This document shows positions 61,101-64,000 of a stretch of 64,000 bases of DNA, piece by piece. Under the pieces are notes generated by a model. The model saw only the letters and a program-made list of their open reading frames with translations, was not told where the DNA came from and made no database searches. This stretch comes from Guillardia theta CCMP2712. Lineage: Eukaryota; Protista; Cryptophyta. The stretch covers positions 825,023 through 889,022 of the forward strand of contig NW_005434673.1 of assembly GCF_000315625.1 (NCBI RefSeq). The letters are read 5' to 3'. Position 1 is the first letter of the stretch. Each line of letters begins with the position of its first letter. The translations under genes and the position numbers were made by a program.

Positions 61101-61893
61101 CATGTCTGATAGCTTACAAGATGGCGGCCATGCGCGAGGGTACTCGCCGCACAACATCTCGGTTGACATCACGTTCCACGGATGTTCGAGGATGCGATCA
61201 CCCGTGGCTTTCAGGGACTTTGTGAGGAAGGAGCTTGCGAGGTACGAGATCATCAAACCACTTGGATTCATCTTCAAGTACTTCCTGTACAAGTTGGGGC
61301 TCAACGATGCGTACACTGGAGGGCTGAGCTCGCACTCTGCCATTCTTCTCCTCATCTTCTACTTCAACCTCGAGGAAGTTTCCAAGGCCTACACTGAGTC
61401 GAAAATCCCGGGAAGCTCTCAAGAGATCCCTGCGGACTGCAAGTACGGCGAGTGGCTCCTCCGCTTCTTCCAGTGGGTTGCAGAGTTTCCGTACAAGCAC
61501 GTCGGAATCAGCTTCGGCATTGGAGATCATGGAGTGACCCCTTATTTCATTTCCGTCTCCAACTTCGGGCAGGGGCTGATCAAGCTCAGGCAGTACGATC
61601 CGTCCTTACCCGAGGATCCTGACGACAGCAAGGGGACTTTCGATAGGCTCTTCATCGGTGACCCCACTGACGTCTCGATCAATGTTGCCAACTCTTCCTT
61701 CCAGTGGTTCCTCGTTCAGTTGTCCATCCAGGGCGCCTTCAAGGTTCTATCCGACCACCAGGATACAGCTCCTCACCTGCGGATCTATGGGGGGGTCTCA
61801 GAGTCGCCTTCTCCCTTGCAGAACATCTTCGACCCGGCAGTGGTACAGGCTGCTGGCAAGTTGAGGATGGCGGCCAAGAATGCACCCAGATGA
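58131..61893 (+). CDS. Non-canonical poly(A) polymerase / terminal nucleotidyltransferase (TRF4/PAPD5/TENT4-like) with long N-terminal extension
   Basis: RLHSEI, VEVYGSFSTDLYLPHSDVDVLV (GS..DxD), VPVIKL, VDITF, LNDAYTGGLSSH, G..LLRFF, LFIGDP..N. Upstream exons at 58131-59620. Confidence 0.88.
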
Positions 61894-62049
61894 TGATGCG
61901 CCTAGCTCGAGCCCACGACGTGTAACTCAACTTACTGTACAGCTTGTGCTTGCCTCTCATGACTTGTTGTTTTCATATCTAGTAGACACTAACGTTTGAG
62001 ATGTGTAGAATAAAATGCAAAGCGTGAATTGATGGGAGTGATGGGCTCT

Positions 62050-64000
62050 TGGGCCACAAACGCTTCAAAACCTTCTCTTCCCCCTCCTGCTTCCCTCACG
62101 CGGATCCCCCTGCCCTCTCTTTGCTTCAAGATCTGCCTCCTCCTCTTTCAGCAGCATCTCTGCCATACGATCCGCACGTTGCATCTGCTCCTCGTCCTCC
62201 TTCTATCTGCCTTGTCAGTTGCAGCGCACGAAAATGTTGAAAAGACCTTCTTGTCTGCCTGCAGTGATCGGACGTCTCGACGCCTCTGCAGCTCTTGGTA
62301 CATCTTCTCGTGAAGAGGATTCCTTGAAGGGCTGGTCGGGGCTTTACTTGGTCGCGCGTTCATCTTCGATCGGATGATCGACAGCCCAAAAACAGCGTCT
62401 TCGTAGCTGGGATCCAACCTGACGGCTTTCTGCGCATATACTACTTCAGTCTCCCTGTTGAATACATTACAACTGACCTTGAGCATCTCTTCTGCTCTCT
62501 CCAGGTCCTGTGAAGATCGCGCAAGCAGGTGCCCGTAGTTACAGAGCACTGCAACGTTGCACGGATCAGCGCACAGGGCTTCCTTGTAAAGATTCTCGGC
62601 TCTTTCGTAATCCTTTCTGAAAACCTCAACAAGATGGGCGTAGTTGCATAGATTGATCGCGTCCTTGGGGTCAACCTCGTACGCTCTTCTGTACAAATCC
62701 TCAGCCCTGTTGTGGTCGCCCTTGACAGAGAGGAGGAGATGGCCTGCACAACTGTGTCAGGACCCATCCATCGGCAAGCTAGGCGCATGCCGTAGTTGCA
62801 AAGGGCAGACGAGAAGTTGGCATTGTACTTCAACGCCATACTGTAGCAGTGCTCGGCCTCTGCGTAGTCTTGGTGGACAGAATGCTTCAACAAGCCCAAG
62901 AAACTCCAGGCAGGAGAAAACATCTCGCTGATGTTCAAAACTCTCCTGTACAACATCTCTGCCTCATCAAACTTCTTGAACACAGCCTGGACGAGAAATC
63001 GATCAAAAGACGTGCGTGTGAAGGTTACAAGAGGAATTCCTGAAACAGCAAGCCATAATTGCACATGGCATGCAAGTTGATTGGATCTTTTTCCAGAGAG
63101 ATCTTATACAGATCCTCGGCAACGGTGTATTGCTTTCGAAACTGAGAAGCGAAAAAGAGTCAAAAGAAGCTTGACGCGATGATCAGAACGAAAACCTTGC
63201 CAACAAACGTGGCGTAAAAGCACAGTGCATCAGCATGGTACTTGTCTCTACTCAAAGCTTCCTGATTGTCTCATTGTCAACGTAGCAGTACCTTGATAAA
63301 AGAAGTTCTTACCAGATAGATCTTCTCAGCAGCATCATACTGGTTGCAAGTCTCTTGTACAAAGATTGCTCTGCCACAAAGAGCAGACGTATGGTTCGGT
63401 GCGATCGCTAATGCCTTTTCTATCGCTTGTTCTGCTTTCCCATAGCTGTGCAAGGCGTTTAGTCACAGAGGCGTGGCAAAGTTTCTTTACCATCGTAGGT
63501 TTTCATCAAGTAGCAAAATTCCATACTTTGCGAGCACGTCAACATTGTCTGGAGACTTCTCCAGTGCCTTCTCATAATATTCCTTGGCTTTCACAACGTT
63601 GCTGTTGTATCGATGCTCGATGAAGCCGCACATTGCAAGAGCGTCGACATTCATGCTATCAATCTTCAGAGCTGTCTGGCAAAGGAGGAGCGAAGTCTTT
63701 AGCTCGACTCTGAACAGCCGAAAGATATCTGCAAGGATACAAAACGAAATCGCATCTCCCTCAAAGAAAACGAAGTTTCCTTCTAAAATTGTTGTGAGAA
63801 CCGACAGGACATTCTGAATCCTGTCGTACCTGACAACTCGCTGAAATCGCTGGTTGCTGCATTTTGCGATTTCAGCTCGGCCTCATTCTTGCCGAGAAAT
63901 GTTTGCAAGGATGAAACTACTCAAAGTCATGTAAGAAGTGAGCTCAAGTCATCGTGGCTCACCGTAGTCTTGACCGTCGAAATTGTGGAAACACACTTTA
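62050..64000 (-). CDS. Tetratricopeptide-repeat protein, multi-exon (5' end outside window)
   Basis: Repeats such as AEDLYRRAYEVDPKDAINLCNYA, AENLYKEALCADPCNVAVLCNYG and AEHCYSMALKYNANFSSALCNYG. Confidence 0.85.

Overview
Gene-dense eukaryotic nuclear DNA with many short (about 40-100 bp) GT-AG introns, purine/pyrimidine-rich introns and three N-gaps. The style suggests a cryptophyte alga such as Guillardia theta; this is an inference, not checked. Recognisable genes: a PDZ/coiled-coil protein, propionyl-CoA carboxylase beta chain, a TFIIS-M+SPOC protein, a PDZ-PDZ-SAM-polyQ-SH3 scaffold spliced across an assembly gap, omega-amidase NIT2, a DDX21/50-type helicase with an extra C-terminal RRM, arsenite methyltransferase, a TRF4/PAPD5-like poly(A) polymerase and a TPR protein. 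Two regions stand out. (1) 8.96-19.69 kb holds a tandem pair of roughly 1,350-1,400-aa receptor-like membrane proteins. Each has two repeats of [TM - predicted extracellular domain - TM bundle - RelA/SpoT-synthetase-like domain], with signs of intragenic gene conversion. (2) 33.9-48.1 kb is a cluster of about 19 loci of an unrecognised family of small intronless proteins (motifs LSWQHVLFP ... ISLP..F.LE ... EGMLLRSL). They are arranged almost entirely as head-to-head pairs and were amplified by tandem and inverted duplications. No tRNA, rRNA, CRISPR array or transposase ORF was recognised. Outer coordinates of multi-exon genes were read by eye and are partly approximate.
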